From the NCBI GenBank assembly GCA_946965045.2, contig OX337239.1, forward strand, positions 2,294,001-2,358,000: 64,000 nucleotides of DNA, given 5' to 3'. The DNA is from Epithemia pelagica. Its lineage: Eukaryota; Protista; Bacillariophyta. A program made the translations under genes and the position numbers. The notes under the pieces are model-generated. The model was not told the DNA's origin, made no database searches, and saw nothing but the letters and a program-made list of their open reading frames with translations. Positions within the stretch are counted from its first letter, which is position 1. The number at the start of each line of letters is the position of its first letter. Of the stretch, positions 22,455 to 33,065 are shown in pieces.

Positions 22455-23660
22455 ATGAGGATGTGGTTGCTCCATGCGTTCCTCATTGGCGCAACAATAC
22501 CAATCCTTGCTGTCCAAGCTGCGTTTGTGCCTCCCAGTGCTCCACACTTAAGACTACATCGTAGTAGTTCCATCGAAGCGCCCTTTGTTCCATGTTCCGA
22601 TAGCAGAAAGAATCGTTCTTCACCCAAATTTGCTTCCGGTGGGTTTGGTGGAAGTGCCACCAGTAACAAAAAGAAGAAGAAAAAGGGCGGCCCCAAAAAG
22701 GGTACGGCGTCTGCCTCTTCTTCTGTATCCTTTGATACGAATGCATCGTTAATGAGACTGGAGAAAAAGTATGAAGAGTTGACACAGGCCGATGCCAAAC
22801 GAATGGCCAAACAGGCATCGGAGGACCAAAGTATTTGGTCCGTCGAAACGGAAGATCCAGAGGAGGCCCTCTTGTCGGAATACATTGTCGCAATTCGATC
22901 TTCCACCACCTCCGCCGAGGCCGTGGCGGATTGGGTTCCCGTGGCGCAGCTGGTCCTGTCCAGAAAGGTCCAGTCCATACCAAATCATCCGGACAAGGGC
23001 GAGGATGACCACGAGTCGGGGTTGCTGCTCCAAAGTGCCGTGAGTTTGTACTGCCGAGAATTGGCCCAAGTGGCTGTTCTGGGATCCCGAGCGTTTGCGA
23101 CTGTTCCACGAAACAATCTCCTGTATTCCGTCGAAAATACCCACAGTTTTTACAAACACGTGTACGACAATATTATTGAGGACGCCAAGAACGAGGACAG
23201 CATGACCAATGCGGAAGCTCGCGAAATTTTGGGGTTACAGGATGACACAAAGAAGAAGCAAAGCACCAACACGTTAGATTTGGCAACGCTCAAGAAACGG
23301 TATCGTACCTTATCCATGGAATTTCACCCCGACCGAATGATTGGTCAGTCGGAAGAGGCGCAACGCGATGCTACGGTTCAATTTTCTCTCATCAAACATG
23401 CTTACGAAACACTGTTGGCGGGTGGAGCCGTGGATCAATCGTCGTCCTCCTCCTCCTCCTCCACAGTCACCTCGGGCAGTTCTTGGTACGAGTCGCTGGG
23501 AGGACGTGCTCGGTCCGACTTTTGCAAAATCGAACAAACTCTGTTTCCCTTTGAAACGGCGCAAACGAATCTAGATGTACGAGGTGTCGAAAGTGCCTTG
23601 GTTGGTTTGGATCCGGACCTCGTTCAAGCCTTTGTGGCCAGGAATAGTCGAAGACGGTAG
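22455..23660 (+). CDS. Plastid-targeted J-domain (DnaJ) protein
   Basis: Signal peptide ending QAA|FVP (ASAFAP-type). J domain AREILGL...LKKRYRTLSMEFHPDR...FSLIKHAYETL with HPD motif. Confidence 0.85.
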   Translation: MRMWLLHAFLIGATIPILAVQAAFVPPSAPHLRLHRSSSIEAPFVPCSDSRKNRSSPKFASGGFGGSATSNKKKKKKGGPKKGTASASSSVSFDTNASLMRLEKKYEELTQADAKRMAKQASEDQSIWSVETEDPEEALLSEYIVAIRSSTTSAEAVADWVPVAQLVLSRKVQSIPNHPDKGEDDHESGLLLQSAVSLYCRELAQVAVLGSRAFATVPRNNLLYSVENTHSFYKHVYDNIIEDAKNEDSMTNAEAREILGLQDDTKKKQSTNTLDLATLKKRYRTLSMEFHPDRMIGQSEEAQRDATVQFSLIKHAYETLLAGGAVDQSSSSSSSSTVTSGSSWYESLGGRARSDFCKIEQTLFPFETAQTNLDVRGVESALVGLDPDLVQAFVARNSRRR

Positions 23661-24804
23661 CAACGAACGTCTCGTCGTTGGCTTCCTTCCTTTTGCCCTT
23701 GGCTCGCATATTCTCATAGAACTGTTTCATTCGTTTCAACATGGAGAGCGTCTATATCTTGGTCTGCGTTTCACGGAACTTGGCAGCCTGCAATCCATTG
23801 TAGATTGGTAACTACTCCTAGGAGTAGGATGAAGCAGGGATTGGTTCTTTTTCGATACATAGCCGATCTTGCGACAAGGTAGCTTTTGGGTTTGGCGCGA
23901 ACGGCACGCCGGACCCTCTTTTCGCCCGCCAGCACATCCCACGTAGGTACGCCAGGCGCAAGGCCACTGCCACCACCAGTACACTACTATGGACAAACTC
24001 TACACTCGGGATTGTGGACTGTCGGTCCGCAAGTACCCAAACGGCTACTCCAGCAACCATAGTCATCCAAGAGACTACACATGTTTCGGAAGAACTCTTT
24101 GCCCTGTGTACATCAACCATAACCACCATCAAAACCGCAATAGACAGACCACCACCGATAACATTGGCACGAGTCGTCGCCATGGGAAAAGAACCATAGA
24201 AAAGAGGGAGGCATTGCACATTCTCATTCATTTGCCAACAAAGACTTTGCATTGGCGTCTTGGTTGTTGGATTGCGTTCGAGCGATTGAAACAACAAGAA
24301 TCGGAAGAGCAGAACGAAACTCGGGTCGTCCGGGGAAGCATTTGCGGAGGAAGAAATCACACCAGGGCAGTACGAACGAACGAACGAACGGATATTCCAG
24401 TACCATGCCTCTCCCCACGAGTCCAGAAGGAGGACCGTCCAAAGAGGGCGAGAGGGAGTCGGATCCTCTTACCAGAACGTTGCGTCGAGGTGATTTGGTG
24501 CGCGTTTCCGAAGCGTAAGTGCCTACCTGGGAAAAGAGTTGCGCATCGACAGGCAGGGATGGACAAGGAATGGTCCTGGCTTGTTTCTGCATTGTATTGG
24601 GTTTTGCGGAGACTGGAAACGTAGTGTAAAGGGCTGCTCGGCAAAGCGTCGCGTTCTCTTGTGGATGGAAGTTCGATCTGTTGTGTTTTCTCATTTTCTG
24701 TTGTCTTCCTTTTGGTTTGTCATTGTCAATGTTTCCTTTCTTGTTTTGACTCTTGTTGCTATTTTTCGTTGGAATATCAATGGCTGGATACTTGGCTCAT
24801 TGCT

Positions 24805-27800
24805 ATGGAATTTTTACTGTTTGTTGCGGCTCCTCGAACTAGTGGTGCCAATGCCGAGAAACGATTGGGCGATCGCAGTGATGCGTTGGGTCGGATCACA
24901 GCCATTACTCCTAGTAGCACAGACGCCAAAGCAAAGGCAAAGAACAAGAAACCAAACATAGATGTGAGCGAACAAGAAGAGGAGGATGAAGTTTTGTTTA
25001 CGGTCGAATGGATTGTCCTGGGAGGATCGTCTCCTCGGATTCGTCGATCCTACTTGGTCCATACGACGGCGCAAGCCGAAGGGATGATTGCCGTCGATCG
25101 ACGACGGGCTCGACGGTCGGCGGGGGGTGCCGCCACTGCGGGTCCCACCTTGTTTACGGCCGATAAGGTGGAAGCACGGAGTCGCAAATTTCAAGAAGCG
25201 GGGCAAAAACGAAAATTGGCCGCTCAACAGAAACAACAACAACAACAAAAGCAGACGACTTCCAAAGAGAAATCCAAAGTTCGACGGAAACAACCGGCGT
25301 CGCAATCCGATAAGGAATCCAAGAGGGAAGGGGGCAAAGAATCTACCAAAGGAAGCATCTCAAAGGCTGGCAAGAAACGCAAACTCACCGAAACAACTTC
25401 TTCGAGTGGTGCACCCGCCCTGACCAAAACGACCGTGGCTACACCGACGCAACCAATGACGGGGAACGACAATGAAACACCTGCAGCGCCAGACAGTACA
25501 ATGCACTCACCGTTACCTGGTGCGGGGGCTGTTTCGTCATCCTTGGCCACTTTGGAATCCAATCGATCCATGTCCTTGTATACCAAACATGTCCGAGAAT
25601 TTGAGCGCATTGTCCAGCGATTGGAAAAGGTGGACAAGTTTGGCTGGTTTTGGGACGATGCACCTTCTCCGGAATATGAAGAGTGTTATGACGAAAACAT
25701 AGAACATCCTTCCTTTCCGGACCTCGCGCCTTGCAATTGGGAAATGATTCGTCGTCGTCGTCAAGCCGGTCGTTATGTTTTGGATCGAGAACGGCTGGAA
25801 GAAGAGGAACGCTTTCAATTGTTAGGCCCCTACTACGAGTGGCGGGGCAAATGGCCGAAACGTAAGTTTACAACATCTACCACCAAAAAGAAACCTCGCG
25901 TCAATCGACGCGTCTTGCACAAACAAGGCGTGGACTGGACCTTGTTTCAACAAGATGTCTTTCAAATGCTGGAGGCGACCGTTCAGCGAGTGCTTCGCGA
26001 ACAAGAAGAAGAAGAAAACAACGAGGAGGCAAATGGCACGGACACCAAGAAGAAAGCACCACAAGACAAGGACGCCCAAACGGTCAGTGTCGACGTTGAC
26101 AAGTCTGACAGTGAATGCAATGACAAGAAGAGTAAGAACAATACGGATGCAAGTGACACAAATGCCGTCGAGGACGGCAAGGAGGATCGCAGTGGTGTGG
26201 TGTGGGCGGCGCACAAGATCCGAGAAGCCGTCGTGGCGGTGGTCGAAAAGACAGGTCGTCGTCACGAACGAGAATTGCGATCCAGTGACGACCGGCACAA
26301 GTTTTCCTTGGCGGTCGACAAGAGTTGGAACAATGAAGCAGCCATGCAGTCGGCCTGGCGACGACAACCCTTTCCGGAACGTCAGTACGAACGATTGACG
26401 TCCGATTCTGTCTGTGATGGATTGTCGCGTGTCGATCAAGGCATTGCTTCGCATGAACTATTGACTAGTTTGGATGATAGCTTTATTGGTGTCTCTTATC
26501 GCTACGACGATACTGGGCAACAATCGGAAGCCTGGATGAAATCCGTTTTGGATGAAACGGAATTCTTGCAACAGGGAAGCACGGCAGGGTCGGATAAGAA
26601 AAAAACCAAGGCCAAAAAACGCAAACCGAAAACGAGCGATGAGGAGGATCCACAAACGGAACGACAAGCGGCCTTGGCCTTGGCGGGAGACGATGGTGTC
26701 ACACGGGCCCAAGTAACGGCCACTATGAGTACCTTGATTATGGGTGTGGAAGATCGGGTCATGACGGAAAAGGGGGTCTTGTTACAACCCGAATTGCGGA
26801 GTGCCAACTGGTTTCGGAATTCTGTTATGGGCGAGAGCGATGAGAACAACAAGGACGACGAACCAAAGTGCGACGCAATCAGCAGCAAGCATGATGCCAT
26901 CGAAACAACGACCAACACCACTATGGGTTTGGATGCAACTGCAACAGCATCTACAAGAGGAACCGAGGAAACGGTCAATCCTAAAGACAATACTGATGCC
27001 ACCGCCGACGAGGTTGCCTCCGCGTCACCACCCCAAACTGTTTCGTCGATGGTATGCCGCCCTTGTGATCCCAGTCCGAAACTGGAACCAGAGTTGGTGG
27101 AGCAACCCGTTTGGGGGATTGACTGCTATACTCGAAGAAACATTTCCATTTGTTTGGAAACTGAATTTGATGCGGAAACTGCTCTCACCTTTGTTGAAAA
27201 ATGGGTTTTGCCGGCAATCAATGCCTGTCCACCCGAATTGGCGCATGATTTATGCAATGCCACTCGTTTGTTGGAAGGGTTACCCTTTGTCAACGAAGAG
27301 GATTCTTCACCTTCAGGAGCAGCGGACGATGATTCCTCCAACACGCAGGAACAACAGCCCTTGAAAGCATCATCATTCTTGTCCAAATCGCATCCCAAAT
27401 GGAGTCACACATTGCTGGGAAATGCCTTGGTTAAGAAGATTCAAACCTCGGCTCCACCATGGATATCGGCTGCCGCCAATACGTTGCGCCGAGCCATTGA
27501 CGCATTGGGTTACGATTTCTTTCGTGTACATCCCAAAGGACATGGATCTGTACTGTTGAGCGAAAAAGTTGAACCCAATTCGCTCATCACCTTTTATCGT
27601 GGTGAAATATATCCACTATGGCGTTGGTGTGAGAAGATGGATGCAATTGACATTACGCAACAGCGCAAAAATCTCAAACCGGCTCTACCAGATTTCTATA
27701 ACATGACCATGGAGCGTCCACAGTCGGATCCTCGTGGGTACGGAACGTTAATTGTCGACGCATCTCGCAAGGCAGGACATGGTTCCTCGCTCTCCCATAG

Positions 27801-30800
27801 CTGTGATCCGACGTGCGAAGTCCGCGTGGCCGCATACAACGGAGAACTCTGTTTGGCCATGACGACACTGCGAGAATTGGAAATTGGAGAAGAATTGACT
27901 TTTAATTACAATGCGTCCACTGATTCCTTACAAGAGTATAGATCTGCCGTGTGTCTCTGTGGATACGGAAACTGTCGGGGGTCCTTTTTGCATTTTGCAA
28001 CTGCGGACTGGTATCAGCAAGTTTTGAATCGGAACTTTCCTATCGCTTCCCGTGTGGCCAATATTGTCCGTGGTAGTACCAAACAAGTCATGTCGGAAGA
28101 AGATGATCGAATCTTGAGAACTCATGGATTCAAAACAGCATCCTTTGGTGCTACGGCTGTGAACCGAAGACAGTTGCGGTCAACCAAACACGGAAATTCA
28201 TCCTTATCTGATTCCCTGGACATAGTTCCAGTGTGGCTCAAAACGTATGTGGCTGATGTCCTTAGATATATTGAATACGAGAGACGAGCCCTTCCGATTG
28301 CTCTGATTTGTGACAAGGCAAAGGAACAAGGAACCAGTGGCGAGGTCGAGGGCCAACCATCACGCAATGAGGATCTGATTCAACCCGAAAATGGGTTTTC
28401 CTTTTTTGTCAAGAACCAAGCAGATATCTTGGTGGACTTGGTAAAAAAGAGCATGGCGGGCGAGTTGTCCGAAGTGGATGTAGCTCGGGAAACCCGGCGA
28501 CTTGGAGCCAATCTGTGGCGTTCCCTCTCTGCGGAAAAGAAACAGCGATGGCAAGACGCCGCAAGAGCAGACATGGAAAAACAGCGCCAAAAACTACAGG
28601 ATGAAGAAGCTGGTCACAACAACAAAAAGCAGGCGGATGGAAAGGCGGTCAACAAACGATCGAAAAAGGAGAGTGATAAATCCAAAAAGTCAAAAGGAAA
28701 GGATGACAACAACAACAAAGGAGATATCACAGCTTTGATCTCGTCGGAATTTGAATTCGAAGATGCCGATTCAGAGGGTATTAGTGCCATGGGTCAACGG
28801 GTTCAGCAATTAACTGCTACCCTGAGTCGTGTGGGTCGTGTCTTGGACCGTCACCGAGAAGGTCTCATCGTCATTACACAACAAATTGATACCAATGACG
28901 TAGAAGCTCTGCGGGGTGCCATCCATCCTCCTTTGTCTGTAATGGAGGATGATGATGTCATAAATTGGTTATGGAACAGCAGCAAGGGTGTTTTGGTCCC
29001 ACTTATTCGGCAAGTCAAACTTGCCAAGTTTGTGCGTCCCTCGTTGATGGAGGGGTTATTGGATATCAGAAAACGATTTTCGGTGCGGTTGAGTCCACAA
29101 AGAACCTCGAGTGGCGATGACGGTAACGAAGAACGTTACGACGGACCGTCGTCCGTGCGAAGACAGATATTAAACGAAGGCCTTCTGGAAATCCGAAGTC
29201 TTATTTTGGTTGAACTCCGTGCGATGGCAAAGGATTTTCGACATCGAAACAAGCCAATTTCCACAGCACCGGCCAATGCAAACACAGCGAAATCAGACGA
29301 CGGTAATGAACAAGCCCAAAGTGGTGACGCTGTTGGCGAAGGCAGTTCCAGTGTTCCTGTAACAGACAACATTCGGATCGAGGAGGTGATCGCTCAAGAG
29401 AAAGAGGCCGAACCTGACGTCAATGGCCGAAAAGATGAAAACATGAACGAGAATGAAGAAGAGTCACAGACGGAAACCAAACCCGGGGCGGAGAATTCTG
29501 AAGTTTCCGCATCAGAATCAGGGACAGCAGCATGTGACGGTGATCCTTCGCCGGGTGAGTCTTCAGAAGATGATGCGGAAAAAACATGCGATACTGGTAT
29601 GCTTAATGAATCATCGGCTCATAATACCGCGGAGCTTGACAAAGAGAAAGATTTACCCGTCGACGAGTCTGCTCCGACAAGCGGCACTTCAGAGGAAGGT
29701 CAACGGGCAGATAATGTCCTCAAGGATACACAAAGGGACTCGAAGGAAGGCAAGTCGGTGAAGTTTACCACTGACATAGAGAAAGAGGACGAACCTTGGA
29801 TCGCCCACTACAGCGATCGGTTCATGCTTCAAGCGTCTGCTGATGTAGTTCTGATGTATGCACACACGCAAAATTTCTTTTCTATTTGTCCCTACGCTTC
29901 CTTGGAATCGAGTCCCATTGAAATATACGCTCGGGAACTTGGGAATAATGTTCCGCGTTCCGTGATTGATAGTGAGGTTACCTATGCGGATGACTCCGAC
30001 CCGAAATCCTCTAAACAAAGAAAGGCTGCGGCGCTCACTTCCCCTGTTTCGGAAAAAGAAACCATCAAACCAAAAAAGATCTCTCGACGCAAAAGTGAGG
30101 AGAAATGCAACCCAGAGGATGTCGTTGCAGAAGTGAAAGTCAGCTATCAGGGCGATTATGTCCTGTCTCAGCTGCTCCAGTGGTACAACGGTGGGATGGG
30201 ACAGAAACCCGGGCTTCCAAACTTGTCAGGAGCAGTGGTTCTCCCGTTGGTTGAAGCTTGCTGGTCAAGCAAACTTGCAGCTAAACGTCGGAGCCGTGTT
30301 CTAACTAAAACGCACTACGAGTCAAAGATTCGCCCCAAACTTTGCGAGTGGATGCAAGATCCTTACCGTCGCGGAGACCCGTGGCCTTGTGAGGTTGATG
30401 AAGCGTTTGTGTTGAACGACGAATCTGGTCATGGGACAGCGAGCGATGGCGAGGGTGTCGTACGTTTTGGCACCCCAGTACTAGACTTTCTCGTGACAGG
30501 CGACGAATCGGGCATTTTCAACGTCCTGGAAGAATTGGATGCCGACAATAAGTTATCGTCCTCCTGTGAAGATCCTACATTGTTAACGTCGGTAGACAAG
30601 GGGAGACCTGCTCAAGCAGTTTGTCGATGGGTCCAATGCGAGAATCCTGATTGTTTGAAATGGAGGAAGATTCCATGGCATGTTGATATTGATTTACTAC
30701 CGGAGCATTTCTTTTGCAAAGATAACAAATGGAACCCCTCGAAGAGATCATGCGATGCACCGGAGGACGATTGGGATAATGAAGATAAAATTGTTGGGTC

Positions 30801-32778
30801 TGATGGAAAAGTGGAAGGAAGTCCCTTGCGAAAGGAAAAATTCAAATCACCTTCGAACGAGAAGAGTTTTTTTGTTGGTGCTCGATTTGACGTATTAAGA
30901 GTCGTGAATCGGGAAGAAAAATTTGTCGTGGCAACCGTGACACATGTCGATTTTTCTGGCTCCGTTAAACGTGTCAAGTTTCATTTCAAGAATACGAGTT
31001 CGGACACTGATGAATGGATTTCGTTTGGGTCAAGGAGGATTGCTCCTCTTCATTCGAAGACACAACCGCCAGCTTCAAAGCGGAAGCTACTGGATGGTGG
31101 CAAGGGTCCGAAAAAGGACTCTACTAAGAAAGCGTCAGATAAAGGGATGTCCACTAGTGAGACCAGTGGCGAGTCTAAGTCAACGACGAATAGGGAAAAT
31201 GAGACGAACGGGAAAACTCCATCGGAGAAAGAACCAAAGCAGAAAAGACCCGCAGAGAAAGAATTCAAGCCGAAGCCTCCTCGGAAGAAAATCAAACTCG
31301 TTTCAGCCTCTGATGAAGAAAGTTTCCAACCCAAAGCTCGTTTCGACGTCCTCCGTAAGGTGAAAGGAAAAGAAAAATGGGTCTGTGGCAAAGTTGTTGC
31401 TGTTGATCTCACAGCCGAAGGGGAGAGACGTATTCGGTTTCATTTTCGGAAATCAAAAGACGAAGATGATGAATGGATTGTGTTTGGATCTCCCCGCATC
31501 GCAACTCTTCACACACACACCACTCCTAACCAGCCAAAGCGGAGGAGTACGGATGACAATGCCATGGGTGTTGCAAAGGCAAACAAGCAGGATTTGTCCG
31601 GTGCGGTAGCTGGAAGTATCCATGAACCAAGAGACTTAGCGTCTGCTAATATCGCTGTCGGCGGAGAGATGGCATCGGGCGTTCAAGAAGTCACTCAGAC
31701 TCAATCCCTGATACGACATGGGCCAGGCCTTTCCATTGCAGACCAAGATCAAACATCCAGCTCTGTTTCATTGCCTCAAGGGCCTTCCGATGGGAATCCT
31801 TCAAGAAGGGTTCAGACGCCCTCAGAAGATGTCGTTGTTTCTGCGCCGGTGACATCTCGTTTGACAGCCGGAGCGCTGAGCGTGTCCGTCGCTCAGGGGG
31901 ACCGAAAAGATAAACAGGATCATTACCGAAACACTTCGGGTCCCAAAGGGGGGCATTCTTCAGAATCAGCAGGAAATGGAAATGTCTCTGTGGCAACCAT
32001 CTATCCGCAGAAAAAGTCTGTCGAGGAAGGAAATCTCAATTGCCTTCTACTAGCAGCGGCGAACGCAGACTACGCATCTGAATCGACGTCCTTGACACAA
32101 CGAGTGATATACCCGGAGCGTGGGATGGGCCCCGCCATTCCTGTTCCCCAAGCTGATGCTGGTCCAAGTAGAAGAGATTTCATGGTTGGTACAGGAGGGC
32201 ACGTCGCAAAGGGTGAGTTGCACGGAACTGGCGAGCAAGGCCAGTACAATATCTATGGTCAAACAAACTTGAATCCCTTGCGTCAACATCCAGTCCCGGG
32301 TTCCTTTTCCATGGGTCGTCATGATACACCGCATCCTGTTCAGCAAACAATGATTGTTCCCTCCAACGTTCCACCACACCACAATATCTCCTCTGCTCCA
32401 CTAGACTCACTAGCACTTCAACGCCTTTCCGAGCACGAACTTGCCTACTTTCAGCAACTAGCACAACACCAAGGAAAACAAGAAACGAGGCAACACTCTT
32501 TTACTACGACTGCTCCTTCATGGGGTGTTCATAGCGACCCATCCCTTGGCCTTGTGCAGCACCCCCTGCAGCAGCAGCATCCCTCTCTCTCTCACCGCAC
32601 GAATCTGACTGGACCTGCGTTGGACAGTCGAGTTGGAACTGAAGGAAGCATATCCAACGAGCAGTTGTTGAGAACAATGGCAAACATGAACAACAACAAT
32701 GGGTCAGGCGTTGCTCGTCTAGTCTCGTTGTCATCGTCTTCAAGTAACCCAAGTCAACACTACCCGCAACAGTTTTGA
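24805..32778 (+). CDS. ATXR3/SDG2-like SET-domain histone lysine methyltransferase with bromodomain-like, HMG-box, CW zinc finger and two Tudor-like domains
   Basis: WGIDCYT; YRGEIYPLWRWCEK; DFYNMTMERP; SLSHSCDPTC; ELTFNY; post-SET CLCGYGNCRG. CW motif WVQCENPDCLKWRKIP..FFC..W..SC. HMG-like LWRSLSAEKKQRWQDAA. Duplicated FHF..DEWI.FGS.RIA.LH modules. Likely ATG at 24805. Confidence 0.85.
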   Translation: MEFLLFVAAPRTSGANAEKRLGDRSDALGRITAITPSSTDAKAKAKNKKPNIDVSEQEEEDEVLFTVEWIVLGGSSPRIRRSYLVHTTAQAEGMIAVDRRRARRSAGGAATAGPTLFTADKVEARSRKFQEAGQKRKLAAQQKQQQQQKQTTSKEKSKVRRKQPASQSDKESKREGGKESTKGSISKAGKKRKLTETTSSSGAPALTKTTVATPTQPMTGNDNETPAAPDSTMHSPLPGAGAVSSSLATLESNRSMSLYTKHVREFERIVQRLEKVDKFGWFWDDAPSPEYEECYDENIEHPSFPDLAPCNWEMIRRRRQAGRYVLDRERLEEEERFQLLGPYYEWRGKWPKRKFTTSTTKKKPRVNRRVLHKQGVDWTLFQQDVFQMLEATVQRVLREQEEEENNEEANGTDTKKKAPQDKDAQTVSVDVDKSDSECNDKKSKNNTDASDTNAVEDGKEDRSGVVWAAHKIREAVVAVVEKTGRRHERELRSSDDRHKFSLAVDKSWNNEAAMQSAWRRQPFPERQYERLTSDSVCDGLSRVDQGIASHELLTSLDDSFIGVSYRYDDTGQQSEAWMKSVLDETEFLQQGSTAGSDKKKTKAKKRKPKTSDEEDPQTERQAALALAGDDGVTRAQVTATMSTLIMGVEDRVMTEKGVLLQPELRSANWFRNSVMGESDENNKDDEPKCDAISSKHDAIETTTNTTMGLDATATASTRGTEETVNPKDNTDATADEVASASPPQTVSSMVCRPCDPSPKLEPELVEQPVWGIDCYTRRNISICLETEFDAETALTFVEKWVLPAINACPPELAHDLCNATRLLEGLPFVNEEDSSPSGAADDDSSNTQEQQPLKASSFLSKSHPKWSHTLLGNALVKKIQTSAPPWISAAANTLRRAIDALGYDFFRVHPKGHGSVLLSEKVEPNSLITFYRGEIYPLWRWCEKMDAIDITQQRKNLKPALPDFYNMTMERPQSDPRGYGTLIVDASRKAGHGSSLSHSCDPTCEVRVAAYNGELCLAMTTLRELEIGEELTFNYNASTDSLQEYRSAVCLCGYGNCRGSFLHFATADWYQQVLNRNFPIASRVANIVRGSTKQVMSEEDDRILRTHGFKTASFGATAVNRRQLRSTKHGNSSLSDSLDIVPVWLKTYVADVLRYIEYERRALPIALICDKAKEQGTSGEVEGQPSRNEDLIQPENGFSFFVKNQADILVDLVKKSMAGELSEVDVARETRRLGANLWRSLSAEKKQRWQDAARADMEKQRQKLQDEEAGHNNKKQADGKAVNKRSKKESDKSKKSKGKDDNNNKGDITALISSEFEFEDADSEGISAMGQRVQQLTATLSRVGRVLDRHREGLIVITQQIDTNDVEALRGAIHPPLSVMEDDDVINWLWNSSKGVLVPLIRQVKLAKFVRPSLMEGLLDIRKRFSVRLSPQRTSSGDDGNEERYDGPSSVRRQILNEGLLEIRSLILVELRAMAKDFRHRNKPISTAPANANTAKSDDGNEQAQSGDAVGEGSSSVPVTDNIRIEEVIAQEKEAEPDVNGRKDENMNENEEESQTETKPGAENSEVSASESGTAACDGDPSPGESSEDDAEKTCDTGMLNESSAHNTAELDKEKDLPVDESAPTSGTSEEGQRADNVLKDTQRDSKEGKSVKFTTDIEKEDEPWIAHYSDRFMLQASADVVLMYAHTQNFFSICPYASLESSPIEIYARELGNNVPRSVIDSEVTYADDSDPKSSKQRKAAALTSPVSEKETIKPKKISRRKSEEKCNPEDVVAEVKVSYQGDYVLSQLLQWYNGGMGQKPGLPNLSGAVVLPLVEACWSSKLAAKRRSRVLTKTHYESKIRPKLCEWMQDPYRRGDPWPCEVDEAFVLNDESGHGTASDGEGVVRFGTPVLDFLVTGDESGIFNVLEELDADNKLSSSCEDPTLLTSVDKGRPAQAVCRWVQCENPDCLKWRKIPWHVDIDLLPEHFFCKDNKWNPSKRSCDAPEDDWDNEDKIVGSDGKVEGSPLRKEKFKSPSNEKSFFVGARFDVLRVVNREEKFVVATVTHVDFSGSVKRVKFHFKNTSSDTDEWISFGSRRIAPLHSKTQPPASKRKLLDGGKGPKKDSTKKASDKGMSTSETSGESKSTTNRENETNGKTPSEKEPKQKRPAEKEFKPKPPRKKIKLVSASDEESFQPKARFDVLRKVKGKEKWVCGKVVAVDLTAEGERRIRFHFRKSKDEDDEWIVFGSPRIATLHTHTTPNQPKRRSTDDNAMGVAKANKQDLSGAVAGSIHEPRDLASANIAVGGEMASGVQEVTQTQSLIRHGPGLSIADQDQTSSSVSLPQGPSDGNPSRRVQTPSEDVVVSAPVTSRLTAGALSVSVAQGDRKDKQDHYRNTSGPKGGHSSESAGNGNVSVATIYPQKKSVEEGNLNCLLLAAANADYASESTSLTQRVIYPERGMGPAIPVPQADAGPSRRDFMVGTGGHVAKGELHGTGEQGQYNIYGQTNLNPLRQHPVPGSFSMGRHDTPHPVQQTMIVPSNVPPHHNISSAPLDSLALQRLSEHELAYFQQLAQHQGKQETRQHSFTTTAPSWGVHSDPSLGLVQHPLQQQHPSLSHRTNLTGPALDSRVGTEGSISNEQLLRTMANMNNNNGSGVARLVSLSSSSSNPSQHYPQQF

Positions 32779-33065
32779 AAGATAGTGACATAAGAAGAAC
32801 AGTTTGAAGCACTCGCCTTCATTTCATTTGGCTACCTTAAGTCTATAGTCTTTTGATAAATTGTCGTGTTTGGCAGGATCTCTAATCGAGTCTTTCGTTT
32901 GTTGGCCAGTTATTGTGACTATGACTGCGTGTGCATTTAATCACAAGTACTGGATCATAAACTGTTGAGAATCCACCTCTAGACAATGAGTTGTCAAAAG
33001 GACGTTTCAAACGCTCCTGGCGCCGTTTCCGCCTATGTTTCTAGGTTTCACAATCAGACCAAATT

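Noticed and set aside
1749-24360. Stop-codon reassignment (TAA/TAG = Gln), suggested by in-frame TAR codons in the CAND1 fragment and at 23670-23830
   Set aside because: Well-conserved genes here end at TAA (ispG) and TAG (DnaJ, PAM68) and contain no internal TAR. The CAND1 piece is also a truncated fragment.
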